From positions 5,027 to 69,026 of the forward strand of contig CAXTCB010000002.1 of assembly GCA_964242875.1 (NCBI GenBank): a stretch of 64,000 nt of DNA, written 5' to 3'. The notes under the pieces are model-generated. The model worked only from the letters and a program-made list of their open reading frames with translations, had not been told where the DNA came from and did no database searches. Source of the DNA: an uncultured Acidobacteriaceae bacterium (GTDB lineage Bacteria > Acidobacteriota > Terriglobia > Terriglobales > Acidobacteriaceae). Positions 46,415 to 56,347 of the stretch are shown in pieces (position 1 is the stretch's first letter; the number at the start of each line of letters is the position of its first letter). The position numbers and the translations under genes are program-made.

Positions 46415-49303
46415 ATGCACGTTCGCGCAACACTGAAGTTTTGTCTTCTCCTCTTTACTCTGATGTGTGGATCGCTCGCCTGGGCACAGGGTGGTGCTAC
46501 TGTTCACGGAACGGTTGCTGACCCTGATGACGCCGTAATCCCCGGCGCCACCGTGACGTTCACGCCGGTGGGCGGCAAGGCCCTGCTGACCACGTCGCAG
46601 GATGATGGAAGCTATACGCTCAAAGGTGTTGCAGGCGGTCTGTATTCCGTTACTGTGACCATGAAGGGCTTCTCCAGCTACGTCAAGCAGGGAGTGCGCA
46701 TCGCCGCGAATCAGCAGCTGACCCTGGACGTAAAGATGGTGATTCAGGAGCAGTCGCAGGAGGTGCAGGTCGACGCACAGTCCAATCAGCTCAGTGTGGA
46801 TTCGGACGCGAACGCGAGCGCGACCGTCATCAAGGACAAGGATCTTGATGCGCTATCGGATGATCCGGATGAGCTCTCCTCCGAGCTCTCCGCACTGGCC
46901 GGACCCGCCTCCGGACCGAGTGGCGGCCAGATCTACGTCGATGGCTTCACCGGCGGACAGCTGCCGCCGAAGTCGTCCATTCGTGAGATCCGCATCAACC
47001 AGAATCCCTTTTCCGCGCAGTTTGACAAGCTCGGCTATGGCCGCGTGGAGGTCTTCACCAAGCCTGGAACAGACAAATTCCACGGCAACTACAGCGTGCA
47101 GGGTGGCGACAATCACTTCAACACCTCGAACCCCTTCCTGGGCAGAGACAACGTGCAGCCGCCGTATCACACGCTGTTCATGATCGGCAGCGTGACGGGG
47201 CCCATCAACCGGTTTTCCTCTTTTTCTGTCGGTGGCTCGAACCGCACCATCCAGGCGAACAGCATCGTCAATCCGACGAACTTCTACGCGGATCCTGCGA
47301 ACCCGACTGTTCTCTGTCCGCCGCAGCAAGGTCCAAACAGTCCCTGCCAGATCACCGGTTCGTATCCGCCCACTGCCCGCGCGGTCTTCAACCCACAGAC
47401 GCGCAGCGACATCACGCCGCGGTTCGATCTCGCGCTTGGCGAGAAAAACACGCTCACGGCGCGTTACCAGTACTACGTCAACGGCCAGAAAAACTCCGGC
47501 ATCGGCAACACCAGCCTGGAGAGCGTGGGCTACAGCACAGATGCCAGCGAGAACACCCTGCAGCTGAGCGACACACAGCTGATCAGCTCGCATGTCATCA
47601 ATGAGACACGCTTCGAGTACGAGCGCGATCACTCGCTGCAGACACCGAATAGTCTCGCTCCGACCCTGTCTGTGCAGGGCATCGTCACCGGTGGCGGCTC
47701 CAGCCAGGGACGCTCTGAAAGCACGGAATCGCACATTGAGGCGCAGAACTATACCTCGGTGCAGCTGGCCAAGCATTTCATGCGCTTTGGCGGTCGTCTG
47801 CGAACGACGACGGAGACCCTCACCTCGAACGCAGGATCGAACGGCACCTTCACGTACACCTCGCTGGCCAACTACATCACCGGGAGTGCACAGCAGTTTC
47901 GGCAGACGATCATCTCGAATCCGACGATCTCAAATCGCCTCACGGATCTTGGCCTCTACGCCGAGGATGACTGGAAGGTGCGACCAAATCTCACCATCAG
48001 CTACGGCCTCCGATACGAGGCGCAGAATGTCATCCACAGCAACCACGATCTTGCGCCGCGCTTTGCTCTCTCCTACGGGATTCCGCGCAAGGGTGGCCAG
48101 CCGGTGACCGTCGTGCGCGCGGGATACGGCATCTTCTACGATCGCTTCCAGCAGGACGATGTGTTGACCGCGATCCAGTACAACGGACTGAATCAATCGC
48201 AAAACCTGGTGCAGAATCCGAATGCAGCAACCTGCCAGCCTGGCTCGCTTGCCGGGTGTAATGCTGCAGTCAGCAACGTGCAGGGAAGCACCATCTATAC
48301 GCTCGCGCCGAACCTGCGCAGCTCCTATAACCAGCAGGCGGCCATCGGTGTGGATCAACAGCTTGGCCGGGCCGGAACGGTCTCGGTTAACTACATTACG
48401 GCGAAGGGAATTCATCAGTACCTGAGCCGCGCCATCACCAACGACCAGGGCCAGCCAGGTGCTACCAGCTACGACAACCAGTACACCTCAGGTGGGTACT
48501 ACGAGGAGCAGCAGCTGCTCATCAACAGCAACATCCGCATGAAGAAGCTTCAGCTCTTCGGCTTCTATTCCATGAACTTCGGCAATGCAAATACCGGCGG
48601 ATCGACGACCTTCGCCACGGATGTCAACAATCGCCGCATCGACTATGGCAACGCCTCCTTTGTGCATCGGGGCTTCGTCGTCGTCGGCGGCAACTATCAG
48701 CTGCCGCTGCACATCTCGCTCAGTCCTTTTCTGCTCGCGCAATCGGGTACTTTCTACAACATCATCACTGGTACGGACAGGAATTTTGACGGACAGTTCA
48801 ACGACCGGCCGTACTTCGCAAATGGGAATCACGGTGACTGCCGCACTGCTTCGGACTACAGCCTGACCCAGAACGCCGCAGGAACCCTGATCCAGGTCCC
48901 GACGAATTACTGTGTCGGTCCAGCCAATTCGACGGTGAACCTGCGTGTGGGCAAGACCATCGGCTTCGGACCCAGGAACAAGCCGGCAGCGGGCGCCAAC
49001 GGAGGATCCGGTGGCGGTCCCGGCGGGCCTGGTGGTGGTCGCGGTGGTCGCGGCGGACCGGGCGGCGGCGGACCGGGTGGCGGTGGTCCCGGCGGTTTCG
49101 GGACCAGCAACACCGGTCGGCGGTACAACCTCACGCTTGGCGCACAGGGCTCCAACATCTTCAACCAGGTGCCATACGGCACACCGAATAGCGTGGTCAG
49201 TTCCGGTGCGCAGTTTGGCCGCTTCACGACGTTGGCCGGCAGACCCTTTAGCACGCCCAATGCCGTCCGGCAGGTCACGTTGCAAGCCAACTTCACCTTC
49301 TAA
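46415..49303 (+). CDS. Oar-like/TonB-dependent-type outer-membrane barrel with N-terminal carboxypeptidase-regulatory-like domain
   Basis: Signal peptide; GTVADPDDAVIPGATV; IREIRINQNPFSAQ; EDDWKVRPNLTISYGLRYE; C-terminal Phe (NFTF). Confidence 0.88.
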   Translation: MHVRATLKFCLLLFTLMCGSLAWAQGGATVHGTVADPDDAVIPGATVTFTPVGGKALLTTSQDDGSYTLKGVAGGLYSVTVTMKGFSSYVKQGVRIAANQQLTLDVKMVIQEQSQEVQVDAQSNQLSVDSDANASATVIKDKDLDALSDDPDELSSELSALAGPASGPSGGQIYVDGFTGGQLPPKSSIREIRINQNPFSAQFDKLGYGRVEVFTKPGTDKFHGNYSVQGGDNHFNTSNPFLGRDNVQPPYHTLFMIGSVTGPINRFSSFSVGGSNRTIQANSIVNPTNFYADPANPTVLCPPQQGPNSPCQITGSYPPTARAVFNPQTRSDITPRFDLALGEKNTLTARYQYYVNGQKNSGIGNTSLESVGYSTDASENTLQLSDTQLISSHVINETRFEYERDHSLQTPNSLAPTLSVQGIVTGGGSSQGRSESTESHIEAQNYTSVQLAKHFMRFGGRLRTTTETLTSNAGSNGTFTYTSLANYITGSAQQFRQTIISNPTISNRLTDLGLYAEDDWKVRPNLTISYGLRYEAQNVIHSNHDLAPRFALSYGIPRKGGQPVTVVRAGYGIFYDRFQQDDVLTAIQYNGLNQSQNLVQNPNAATCQPGSLAGCNAAVSNVQGSTIYTLAPNLRSSYNQQAAIGVDQQLGRAGTVSVNYITAKGIHQYLSRAITNDQGQPGATSYDNQYTSGGYYEEQQLLINSNIRMKKLQLFGFYSMNFGNANTGGSTTFATDVNNRRIDYGNASFVHRGFVVVGGNYQLPLHISLSPFLLAQSGTFYNIITGTDRNFDGQFNDRPYFANGNHGDCRTASDYSLTQNAAGTLIQVPTNYCVGPANSTVNLRVGKTIGFGPRNKPAAGANGGSGGGPGGPGGGRGGRGGPGGGGPGGGGPGGFGTSNTGRRYNLTLGAQGSNIFNQVPYGTPNSVVSSGAQFGRFTTLAGRPFSTPNAVRQVTLQANFTF

Positions 49304-49353
49304 GCAAGCAGAGCTGACGGCGGTGCGAGGTCATACACCGCCTCGCGTCGCCC

Positions 49354-50757
49354 TCAACGAGGGGATTGTCGCCGGGGCGGACGCTGCACCGGCGAGCCCA
49401 CCACAACTGTCTTCGCATTCATGAACTCCCGCATGCCGGCGGCCGAAAGCTCGCGGCCGTAGCCGGATCGCTTGACGCCGCCAAACGGAAGGCGTGGATC
49501 GCTGGCCACCATCGCGTTGAGAAAGACCGACCCGCACTCAAGCTCTGCAAGAAACCGCTGTTGCTCGGCTGGATCCCGTGTCCACGCGGAGGCAGCGAGC
49601 CCGAACGGCGTGTCGTTCGCAAGCTCGATGGCATCCTCGATCGAATCCACGCGGAAGATCATCGCCACCGGGCCGAACAGCTCTTCGCGATACACCGGAC
49701 AGCGCCGTGGCACACCTTCGAGCACCGTCGGCTCAAAGAAGTTTCCTTCTCGCAAGAGACGGCGCCCGCCGGTCAGGACGCGTGCCCCGGCGTTCAGCGC
49801 CGACTTCACCTGGGCTTCAAGATCCTCGAGCAGGCGCCGGGTGGCAATCGGTCCAATTTGAGTCTCCGGCTCGTGCGGGTCGCCGACTCGTAAACGTTCC
49901 ATGGCGGTTACAAATCGAGGCACGAACCGGTCGTAGATCTCCTTCATCACGATGAAGCGCTTTGCGGCGATGCAGGACTGTCCGTTGTTGATGCATCGTG
50001 CCGTCACTCCGGTCTCGACGGCCCGATCGAGATCCGCCGACGACATCACCAGGAAGGGATCGCTTCCGCCCAGCTCCAGGACCGATTTCTTGATCAGCCA
50101 GCCCGCCTGCGCCGCAATCGCCCGGCCTGCGGACTCGCTGCCCGTGACCGTCACTGCGGCCACCCGCGGGTCTCCGAGAACAGCCTCCACCTGGTGCGTC
50201 TCCAGCAGCAGCGATTGGAAGCTTCCTCGCGGGAAGCCAGCTCGCCGCGTCAGCGCCTCGATCGTCAACGAGCATTGCGGCACATTGGCGGCGTGCTTGA
50301 GCAGGCCGACGTTGCCCGCCATCAGTGCCGGTGCGAGAAAGCGAAAGACCTGCCACAGCGGAAAGTTCCACGGCATCACCGCCAGCACGACGCCCAGCGG
50401 CTCCCATCGGACGTAGCTGTGAGTAGCCTCTGTCAGCACCGGCTCCGGAGCCAGGATGCGCGGCGCGTGCTCGGCATAGTAGCGGCAGACCAGCGCGCAT
50501 TTCGCTACCTCCTGCCGCGCCTGCTCGATCGGTTTGCCCATCTCGCCGGTGATCATCTGCGCCAGGTCGGAGCTGTCCTGCTCCAGAAGGGTCGCCAGCT
50601 TTCGCATGCAGAGCGCACGATGCTCAATCGGCATAGTCCGGTAGGTGCGGAAGGAGTGTGCGGCGGTCCCAATCTTCTCTCGCAAAGCCTCTTCGCTCAG
50701 CGGTTCAAACGATCGCAGCAATTTGCCCGTCGCAGGATTGATCGATTCAATCGCCAT
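49354..50757 (-). CDS. NAD(P)-dependent succinate-semialdehyde dehydrogenase-like ALDH
   Basis: MPWNFP, LELGGSDP, NNGQSCIAAKR, EELFGP, PFGGVKRSGYGREL. Confidence 0.93.
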   Translation of the reverse strand: MAIESINPATGKLLRSFEPLSEEALREKIGTAAHSFRTYRTMPIEHRALCMRKLATLLEQDSSDLAQMITGEMGKPIEQARQEVAKCALVCRYYAEHAPRILAPEPVLTEATHSYVRWEPLGVVLAVMPWNFPLWQVFRFLAPALMAGNVGLLKHAANVPQCSLTIEALTRRAGFPRGSFQSLLLETHQVEAVLGDPRVAAVTVTGSESAGRAIAAQAGWLIKKSVLELGGSDPFLVMSSADLDRAVETGVTARCINNGQSCIAAKRFIVMKEIYDRFVPRFVTAMERLRVGDPHEPETQIGPIATRRLLEDLEAQVKSALNAGARVLTGGRRLLREGNFFEPTVLEGVPRRCPVYREELFGPVAMIFRVDSIEDAIELANDTPFGLAASAWTRDPAEQQRFLAELECGSVFLNAMVASDPRLPFGGVKRSGYGRELSAAGMREFMNAKTVVVGSPVQRPPRRQSPR

Positions 50758-50930
50758 AAGTCTACCGAGATGCTAACCGACCATCCATCGCATGCGACAC
50801 CGGATTCACCGCCTGCAGGTTCTTCCCCCGCAGAACGAAAGCCAGGTGCCATGTAGCATGGACTCTCGACTGTTCAAGGATCGCGCCGCTTCGCTCCGCG
50901 GTCCCAACACAACTGATGGAGTCTGTCTCA

Positions 50931-51419
50931 ATGCCCTCATCCCAGCCAGTGCCGGATCCCGCCTTTATGCGGCAGGCGATCGATCTCGCCACCGCGAATG
51001 TCACCTCCGGCCGCGGCGGCCCCTTCGGTGCCGTCATCGTGCGTTCGGGTGAGGTCGTCGCGACCGGCGTGAACCTCGTCACGGCTGCCAACGATCCCAC
51101 GGCCCACGCCGAAATCACCGCCATCCGTCGCGCCGCGGCCGAGCTCGATACCTTTCAGCTTGCCGGATGTGAGCTCTACAGCTCCTGTGAACCCTGCCCC
51201 ATGTGCCTTGCGGCGGCGTATTGGTCGCATCTGGATGCCATCTTCTTTGGCAACTCCGCCGCTGACGCCGCGCGCTCCGGCTTCGATGACGCCAGGCTCT
51301 ACGATCAGGTAGCTCTCCCTCACGGCGATCGATCTCTCCCCATCTCGCGGCTGCTGGGCGAAGAGGCATGGGAAAGCTTCGCCGCGTGGCAGGCCAGCCC
51401 GAACAAGATAAGGTACTAG
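50931..51419 (+). CDS. guaD: Guanine deaminase (cytidine-deaminase fold)
   Basis: GGPFGAVI, DPTAHAE, EPCPMC, GFDD, C-terminal Tyr. Confidence 0.85.
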   Translation: MPSSQPVPDPAFMRQAIDLATANVTSGRGGPFGAVIVRSGEVVATGVNLVTAANDPTAHAEITAIRRAAAELDTFQLAGCELYSSCEPCPMCLAAAYWSHLDAIFFGNSAADAARSGFDDARLYDQVALPHGDRSLPISRLLGEEAWESFAAWQASPNKIRY

Positions 51420-51439
51420 CACTGCATCCTCTCGAGACC

Positions 51440-52747
51440 ATGAACGATCTGTCACAAAAGAAGCCCTCACCCTCACAGCCCACACGTGTCGCTCTCTTCG
51501 GCTTCGGCACGGTCGGCAGCGCCGTGGCGCGTGTCCTTGACTCGCAGCAGTTTGCTGGCATCGAGCTCACCCACGTTGTTAACCGGAACGTCGCGCGCAA
51601 ACGCATCACCGAAGCCGCGCGGCACGTACCGCTCTCTGCGCAGTGGCACGAGGACCCCGCTGCCGTGCTCGCCGCCTCCAACGTCGACGTGATCCTTGAG
51701 ACCATCGGCGGCCTCGATCCGATCGAGGGCTGGCTCGCCCAGGCCCTGCGCTCCGGCAAATCCGTCGTCACGGCGAACAAGCAGCTCATCGCCTATCGCG
51801 GCGCCGCGCTCGCCGCCATCGCTGCGGAGCATGGTGTCCAGCTTCTTTACAACGCTGCCGTTGCCGGTGGCGTTCCGGTCATTCCAGCCACACTGCAGGG
51901 GCTGCAGGGCGACCGCATCACGCGCCTTAGCGGCATCGTCAACGGCACCTGCAACTTCATCCTCAGCCACATGGAGCAGGGTGCCAACTACGCCGAAGTA
52001 CTCGCGCAGGCACAGGCCGCTGGCTACGCCGAGGCCGATCCCTCGGCCGACGTCGACGGCTTCGATGCGCGAGCCAAGCTCTGTATCCTCGCGCGCGTCG
52101 CGCTGCATGCCGAGCTGAATCCAGACGATGTTCCGACGCAGTCCATCTCGCTGCTCGATGCGGTGGACTTTCAGTACGCGAAGGAACTCGGCTGCACCAT
52201 CCGCCAGGTCTCGCGCGCCCAGCTGGGCGGCGACGCCATTCACGCTCGCGTTGCCCCCATGCTCGTCCCGCACACCTCACCCATCGCCTGGTCGCACGGT
52301 ACGCAGAACATGGTCGTGACCACGGGTGAGTTCGGCGGCGATGTCGTCTTCTCCGGTCATGGCGCCGGCGGCAATCCGACAGCGGTTGCCATCGTCAGCG
52401 ATCTGCTCGCCATCGCACATGGCTCCTGCACCGTCTCACTCCAGACCACGCCACGCCGCGTCATTGGTGAATTCCTCGCGCCGCATTTCCTTCGCTTCAT
52501 CGTGGACGACAAGCCCGGCATCGTCTCCGCCATCGCCGGCGCTCTCGCCACTGTCGGCGCCAACATCGACTCCATTCTGCAGCGCCCAGGCTACCCCAAG
52601 CATCGACTGCCCTTCGTCGTCACCACCGAGCCTTGCCTCACCTCGACCATCGAGCGAGCGCTTACAGCCATGGGCAACTTCGAATGCATGCTCCAGCCGC
52701 CGCTCGCCCTGCAGATCCTCACCGTCGACGACAAAGCAGAAGATTAA
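51440..52747 (+). CDS. hom: Homoserine dehydrogenase with ACT domain
   Basis: GFGTVG, VVTANK, GIVNGTCNF, GYAEADP, DKPGIVS. Confidence 0.95.
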   Translation: MNDLSQKKPSPSQPTRVALFGFGTVGSAVARVLDSQQFAGIELTHVVNRNVARKRITEAARHVPLSAQWHEDPAAVLAASNVDVILETIGGLDPIEGWLAQALRSGKSVVTANKQLIAYRGAALAAIAAEHGVQLLYNAAVAGGVPVIPATLQGLQGDRITRLSGIVNGTCNFILSHMEQGANYAEVLAQAQAAGYAEADPSADVDGFDARAKLCILARVALHAELNPDDVPTQSISLLDAVDFQYAKELGCTIRQVSRAQLGGDAIHARVAPMLVPHTSPIAWSHGTQNMVVTTGEFGGDVVFSGHGAGGNPTAVAIVSDLLAIAHGSCTVSLQTTPRRVIGEFLAPHFLRFIVDDKPGIVSAIAGALATVGANIDSILQRPGYPKHRLPFVVTTEPCLTSTIERALTAMGNFECMLQPPLALQILTVDDKAED

Positions 52748-52812
52748 CCCGGCGCATGCGTCTCCTGGCCCGGCGACGCCGTCAAGCAGAGAAGCCTTCT
52801 CAGGAGCTGCAC

Positions 52813-54132
52813 GTGATTCATGCCCGTATCGCCGGTCTCGCTCTCGCCTCCGTGCTCTCCTGTGCTCTGCATGCCCAGTCTTCGCCGGCGGAGCAGGGAA
52901 CAGGACCGGTTACAAATCCAACGCCGGTCCTCAGCGTCGACAATCCGCCGAATACCTCTGCGCAGCAGGCGAAGCACTACGTGGTCCTCGTCTCGCTCGA
53001 TGGCTTTCGCTACGACTACCCGCGCAAGTTCGGCACTCCCCACCTTGACGCACTCGCGCACGCCGGCGTCAGCACACCCGACGGCATGCTGCCCAGCTTT
53101 CCCTCGCTCACCTTCCCAAATCACTACTCCATCGTCACCGGCCTTTATCCGGAGCACCATGGCATCATCGGCAACAGCTTCTATGATCCCGCGCGCGGCG
53201 CCGTCTACGTCTACACCCGCTCGGAGACGAACGCCGATGGCACCTGGTACGGCGGAACGCCGCTCTGGTCGCTGGCCGAGCAGCAAGGCATGCGCGCTGC
53301 CTGCCTCTTCTGGCCGGGCTCCGAAGCCGAGATCGCCGGCAAGCGCCCCAGCTACTACCTGCACTATGACGATGGCGTCGACAATCACAAGCGCATCGAT
53401 CAGGTCATTGCGTGGCTCAACCTGCCTGCCGCTGATCGTCCTCACTTCATCACGCTCTACTACGCCGATGTCGATCACGCGGGCCACGCGCACGGCCCTG
53501 ATGCGCCGGAAACCCGCGACGCCGTGCACCATCTCGACGATCTGATCGGCGACCTCGAAGTCAGACTGCGCTCCACCGGCCTACCGGTCGATCTCATTGT
53601 GCTCGCCGATCACGGCATGATTACGCTGCAGCCGCCTGCCGTCATCCTCTCGGACTTTGCAAACCTCGACGGCGTGCGCACCCAGGGCTCTCTCATCTAC
53701 CCCAGGGACGAGGCCGAAGCGGAGCGCATCTATCGCGACTTCCTCACGCATCCCAGTTCGAAGTTCAAGGTCTATCGCCGCGCCAGCATGCCGCCCGAGC
53801 TTCGCTTTGACTCGAATCCGCGCGAAGGAGATCCCGTCGTCGTTCCCACCGGCCCCTACACGCTGCTGGCGCGCGGCAGCAAGCTGCCAGAGCCTACGCA
53901 GCTTCACGGCAGTCACGGCTTTGACCCGCACACCATCCCCGAGATGAAGGCCATCTTCTTCGCCGAAGGCCCGGACTTCAACCGCAACAAGCGCCTGAAG
54001 ACCTTTGAGAATGTCGATGTGTATCCGCTCATCGCGCAGATCCTGCAGCTGCAGATACCACCGAACGATGGCAGGCTCAAGCCGCTCGAACCCGCACTGA
54101 CCAGGTCCGCCCGCAGACAGAAGCCGCACTAA
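52813..54132 (+). CDS. Exported nucleotide pyrophosphatase/phosphodiesterase (alkaline phosphatase superfamily)
   Basis: SLDGFR, PSLTFPNHYSIVTGLYPEHHG, DHAGH, ADHGM, HGFD; GTG start after AGGAG. Confidence 0.93.
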   Translation: MIHARIAGLALASVLSCALHAQSSPAEQGTGPVTNPTPVLSVDNPPNTSAQQAKHYVVLVSLDGFRYDYPRKFGTPHLDALAHAGVSTPDGMLPSFPSLTFPNHYSIVTGLYPEHHGIIGNSFYDPARGAVYVYTRSETNADGTWYGGTPLWSLAEQQGMRAACLFWPGSEAEIAGKRPSYYLHYDDGVDNHKRIDQVIAWLNLPAADRPHFITLYYADVDHAGHAHGPDAPETRDAVHHLDDLIGDLEVRLRSTGLPVDLIVLADHGMITLQPPAVILSDFANLDGVRTQGSLIYPRDEAEAERIYRDFLTHPSSKFKVYRRASMPPELRFDSNPREGDPVVVPTGPYTLLARGSKLPEPTQLHGSHGFDPHTIPEMKAIFFAEGPDFNRNKRLKTFENVDVYPLIAQILQLQIPPNDGRLKPLEPALTRSARRQKPH

Positions 54133-54197
54133 CGAGAACCGGCGGAGCAGGGAAGCCAACAGGCCGCCCCACTCCGCCGAAGGTATTTGTAACAAGC

Positions 54198-55433
54198 TTA
54201 GTACTTTGGCAGACTGGGGTCAATTCGCTCGGCCCACGCGGTAATCCCGCCCGCCAGGTTTTTCACATTGGTGAAGCCCGCTGCCTTCAGCTCCTGCGCA
54301 GCCTTCTGCGATCGTCCACCAGACTTGCAGTGCACCACGATCTCCTCATCCTTGCTGACAGGAATCTCGTTCAGCCGCGATCCGATCTGTCCCACCGGTA
54401 TCAACGGCGCGCCCAGATTCACAATCGCATACTCATGCGGCTCCCGCACATCCAGCACAAAGGGCCTGTCGCCGGCATCCTGCCGCTGCTTCAGTTGCTC
54501 GACCGAGATCTGCGGAATGCCATCGACAAGGTTCGCGCTGGCATCCACCGCGCCATGCGCGCTCACCTCGAGCGGCCCGGTCGAGGTCGGCTTCTGAATG
54601 CCGCAGAACTGGTCGTAATCGATCAACTCCGTCACGGTCGGGTTTGGCCCGCACACCGGGCACTCCGGGTTCTTGCGCAGCTTCAGCGTTCGGAAGCTCA
54701 TACCCAGCGCGTCGACAAGCAGCAGCCGGCCAACCAGTGGCTCGCCGATGCCTAAGATGAGCTTGATCGTCTCCGTCGCCTGGATGACGCCTACCAGCCC
54801 TGGCAGAATTCCCAGCACGCCACCTTCAGCGCAGCTCGGCACCAGGCCCGGCGGCGGCGGTTCGGGGTAGAGGCAGCGATAGCACGGACCTTCCGGCAGC
54901 CCGAACACGCTCGCCTGCCCTTCGAAGCGGAAGATCGATCCGTAGGCATTCGGCTTGCCCAGCAGCACACAGGCGTCGTTCACGAGGTAGCGCGTCTGAA
55001 AGTTATCCGTGCCGTCCGCGATGACGTCGTAGTCCTTGAAGATCTCCAGCGCGTTCGCACTGGTCAGCATCGTGTTGTGCTTCACGATGGTCGTGTTCTT
55101 GTTCAGACCGTGCAGCATGATCTCGGCAGAGTCGACCTTTAACTTACCCACTGTCGCCTGCGAGTGAATGATCTGCCGCTGCAGGTTCGACTCATCCACC
55201 ACATCGAAGTCGACCAGCCCGATCGTTCCCACGCCGGCCGCCGCCAGGTAGAGCGCCAGCGGCGCGCCCAGACCCCCGGTCCCAACACACAGCACCTTCG
55301 CGGCCTTCAACTTCCGCTGGCCTTCCATGCCAACCTCAGGCAGGATCAGGTGCCGCGAGTACCGCGCAATCTCTTCGTTCGTCAGCTTCGGAAGCTCTGT
55401 GCCAACCTCGGGTACAGCCGTTGCAGTCGCCAT
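54198..55433 (-). CDS. moeB: MoeB/MoeZ-type ThiF adenylyltransferase with C-terminal rhodanese
   Basis: RYSRHLIL, GTGGLG, SNLQRQ, CYRC/CPVC, PSCAEGG, rhodanese HCKSGGRS. Confidence 0.95.
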   Translation of the reverse strand: MATATAVPEVGTELPKLTNEEIARYSRHLILPEVGMEGQRKLKAAKVLCVGTGGLGAPLALYLAAAGVGTIGLVDFDVVDESNLQRQIIHSQATVGKLKVDSAEIMLHGLNKNTTIVKHNTMLTSANALEIFKDYDVIADGTDNFQTRYLVNDACVLLGKPNAYGSIFRFEGQASVFGLPEGPCYRCLYPEPPPPGLVPSCAEGGVLGILPGLVGVIQATETIKLILGIGEPLVGRLLLVDALGMSFRTLKLRKNPECPVCGPNPTVTELIDYDQFCGIQKPTSTGPLEVSAHGAVDASANLVDGIPQISVEQLKQRQDAGDRPFVLDVREPHEYAIVNLGAPLIPVGQIGSRLNEIPVSKDEEIVVHCKSGGRSQKAAQELKAAGFTNVKNLAGGITAWAERIDPSLPKY

Positions 55434-55547
55434 CGTCACATCTCCTTGCTCCTCTTCGGAGCCAGTCCGGAAGAGCTCACGCCCATGTTCTGCACACGGA
55501 CCGTTCGAGTTTCAAATGTTCCTGTCAGGGTCTGGAAGAGAGAAAGA

Positions 55548-55844
55548 CTAGCAGCGACAACAACCGCCATCGAAGCCACCAGCGATCGACGGAATAATCG
55601 TTAGTTCATCGACCTCGGTCACTGCCGTATCCTCGCGCTGCGGCAGATAGCGGATGTCGTCATCGTTCAGGTACACGTTCACGAACGATCGCAGCTTGTC
55701 GTCCTCCGTAAACAGGTGCTTCTTCAGCTCGGGTGCGTTGTACACCAGAGCATCGAGCGCTCCCTGCACTGACGAGGCACTTACCTCGACCGTCTCCTTG
55801 CCCTTCGTGTAAGCCCGCAACGGCGTCGGAATATGAACCTTCAT
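55548..55844 (-). CDS. Ubiquitin-like sulfur carrier (CysO/MoaD/ThiS family) with C-terminal extension FDGGCCRC
   Basis: IPTPLR, FVNVYLNDDDIRY, IIPSIAGG followed by 8 extra residues. Confidence 0.92.
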   Translation of the reverse strand: MKVHIPTPLRAYTKGKETVEVSASSVQGALDALVYNAPELKKHLFTEDDKLRSFVNVYLNDDDIRYLPQREDTAVTEVDELTIIPSIAGGFDGGCCRC

Positions 55845-56347
55845 GCCTGGTCTCCCTCTTTCACATCCACGCTCATCTTCGCGGCATGGCTGGCCACGTT
55901 CTCTTCCACGCCGGTCACGTCGATCTCCAGCGCCTCATCTTCAAAGCTCTTTGCGTCTTCGCTCGCACCCTTGAGGAAAAACGAGTTCGTCGTCTTCGCC
56001 GATCCCTGCTCAATCGCCGTAATCACGTACGAGCAGCCGAGCCAGTGCGCTTCCTCAAAGTCGGTCTTCGACCACTGCGCCGGATGGTCCGGATGCGAGT
56101 GGTAAAACCCGACGATATCAAGTCCTGCCTTACGTCCCTCGCGCTGCGCCCGGATCAACTCCTCGGGCGCGATATGGTAGCGGTTGTGCGCCGAGTCCGT
56201 CCGCGTGTTCCCCGCCCGGATCAACTGCTTCACGACGTTGCCATCCGCATCGCTCCTGCCCAGCAGGATTCCACAGCACTCGTGCGGGTAGGTCTCTTCA
56301 CCATGCGCCCGCAACGCCTCGTAGTCGGCAAACGTGAGTCGCAGCAC
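55841..56347 (-). CDS. JAMM/MPN+ (M67, Mec-like) metalloprotease
   Basis: YPHECCG and FYHSHPDHPAQWSKTD (intact JAMM motif); overlaps the carrier gene by ATGA. Confidence 0.93.
   Translation of the reverse strand: MLRLTFADYEALRAHGEETYPHECCGILLGRSDADGNVVKQLIRAGNTRTDSAHNRYHIAPEELIRAQREGRKAGLDIVGFYHSHPDHPAQWSKTDFEEAHWLGCSYVITAIEQGSAKTTNSFFLKGASEDAKSFEDEALEIDVTGVEENVASHAAKMSVDVKEGDQA

Noticed and set aside
49000-49100. GGC/GGT-rich DNA repeat as a separate element
   Set aside because: It is the in-frame poly-Gly/Pro loop of the outer-membrane protein.
50758-50930. Purine riboswitch upstream of guaD
   Set aside because: The purine aptamer core and three-way junction were not recognised.
55440-55550. 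Stop read-through fusing the carrier to MoeZ, or Sec/Pyl recoding
   Set aside because: The TAG is followed six codons later by an in-frame TGA; moeZ has its own RBS; no recoding element recognised.
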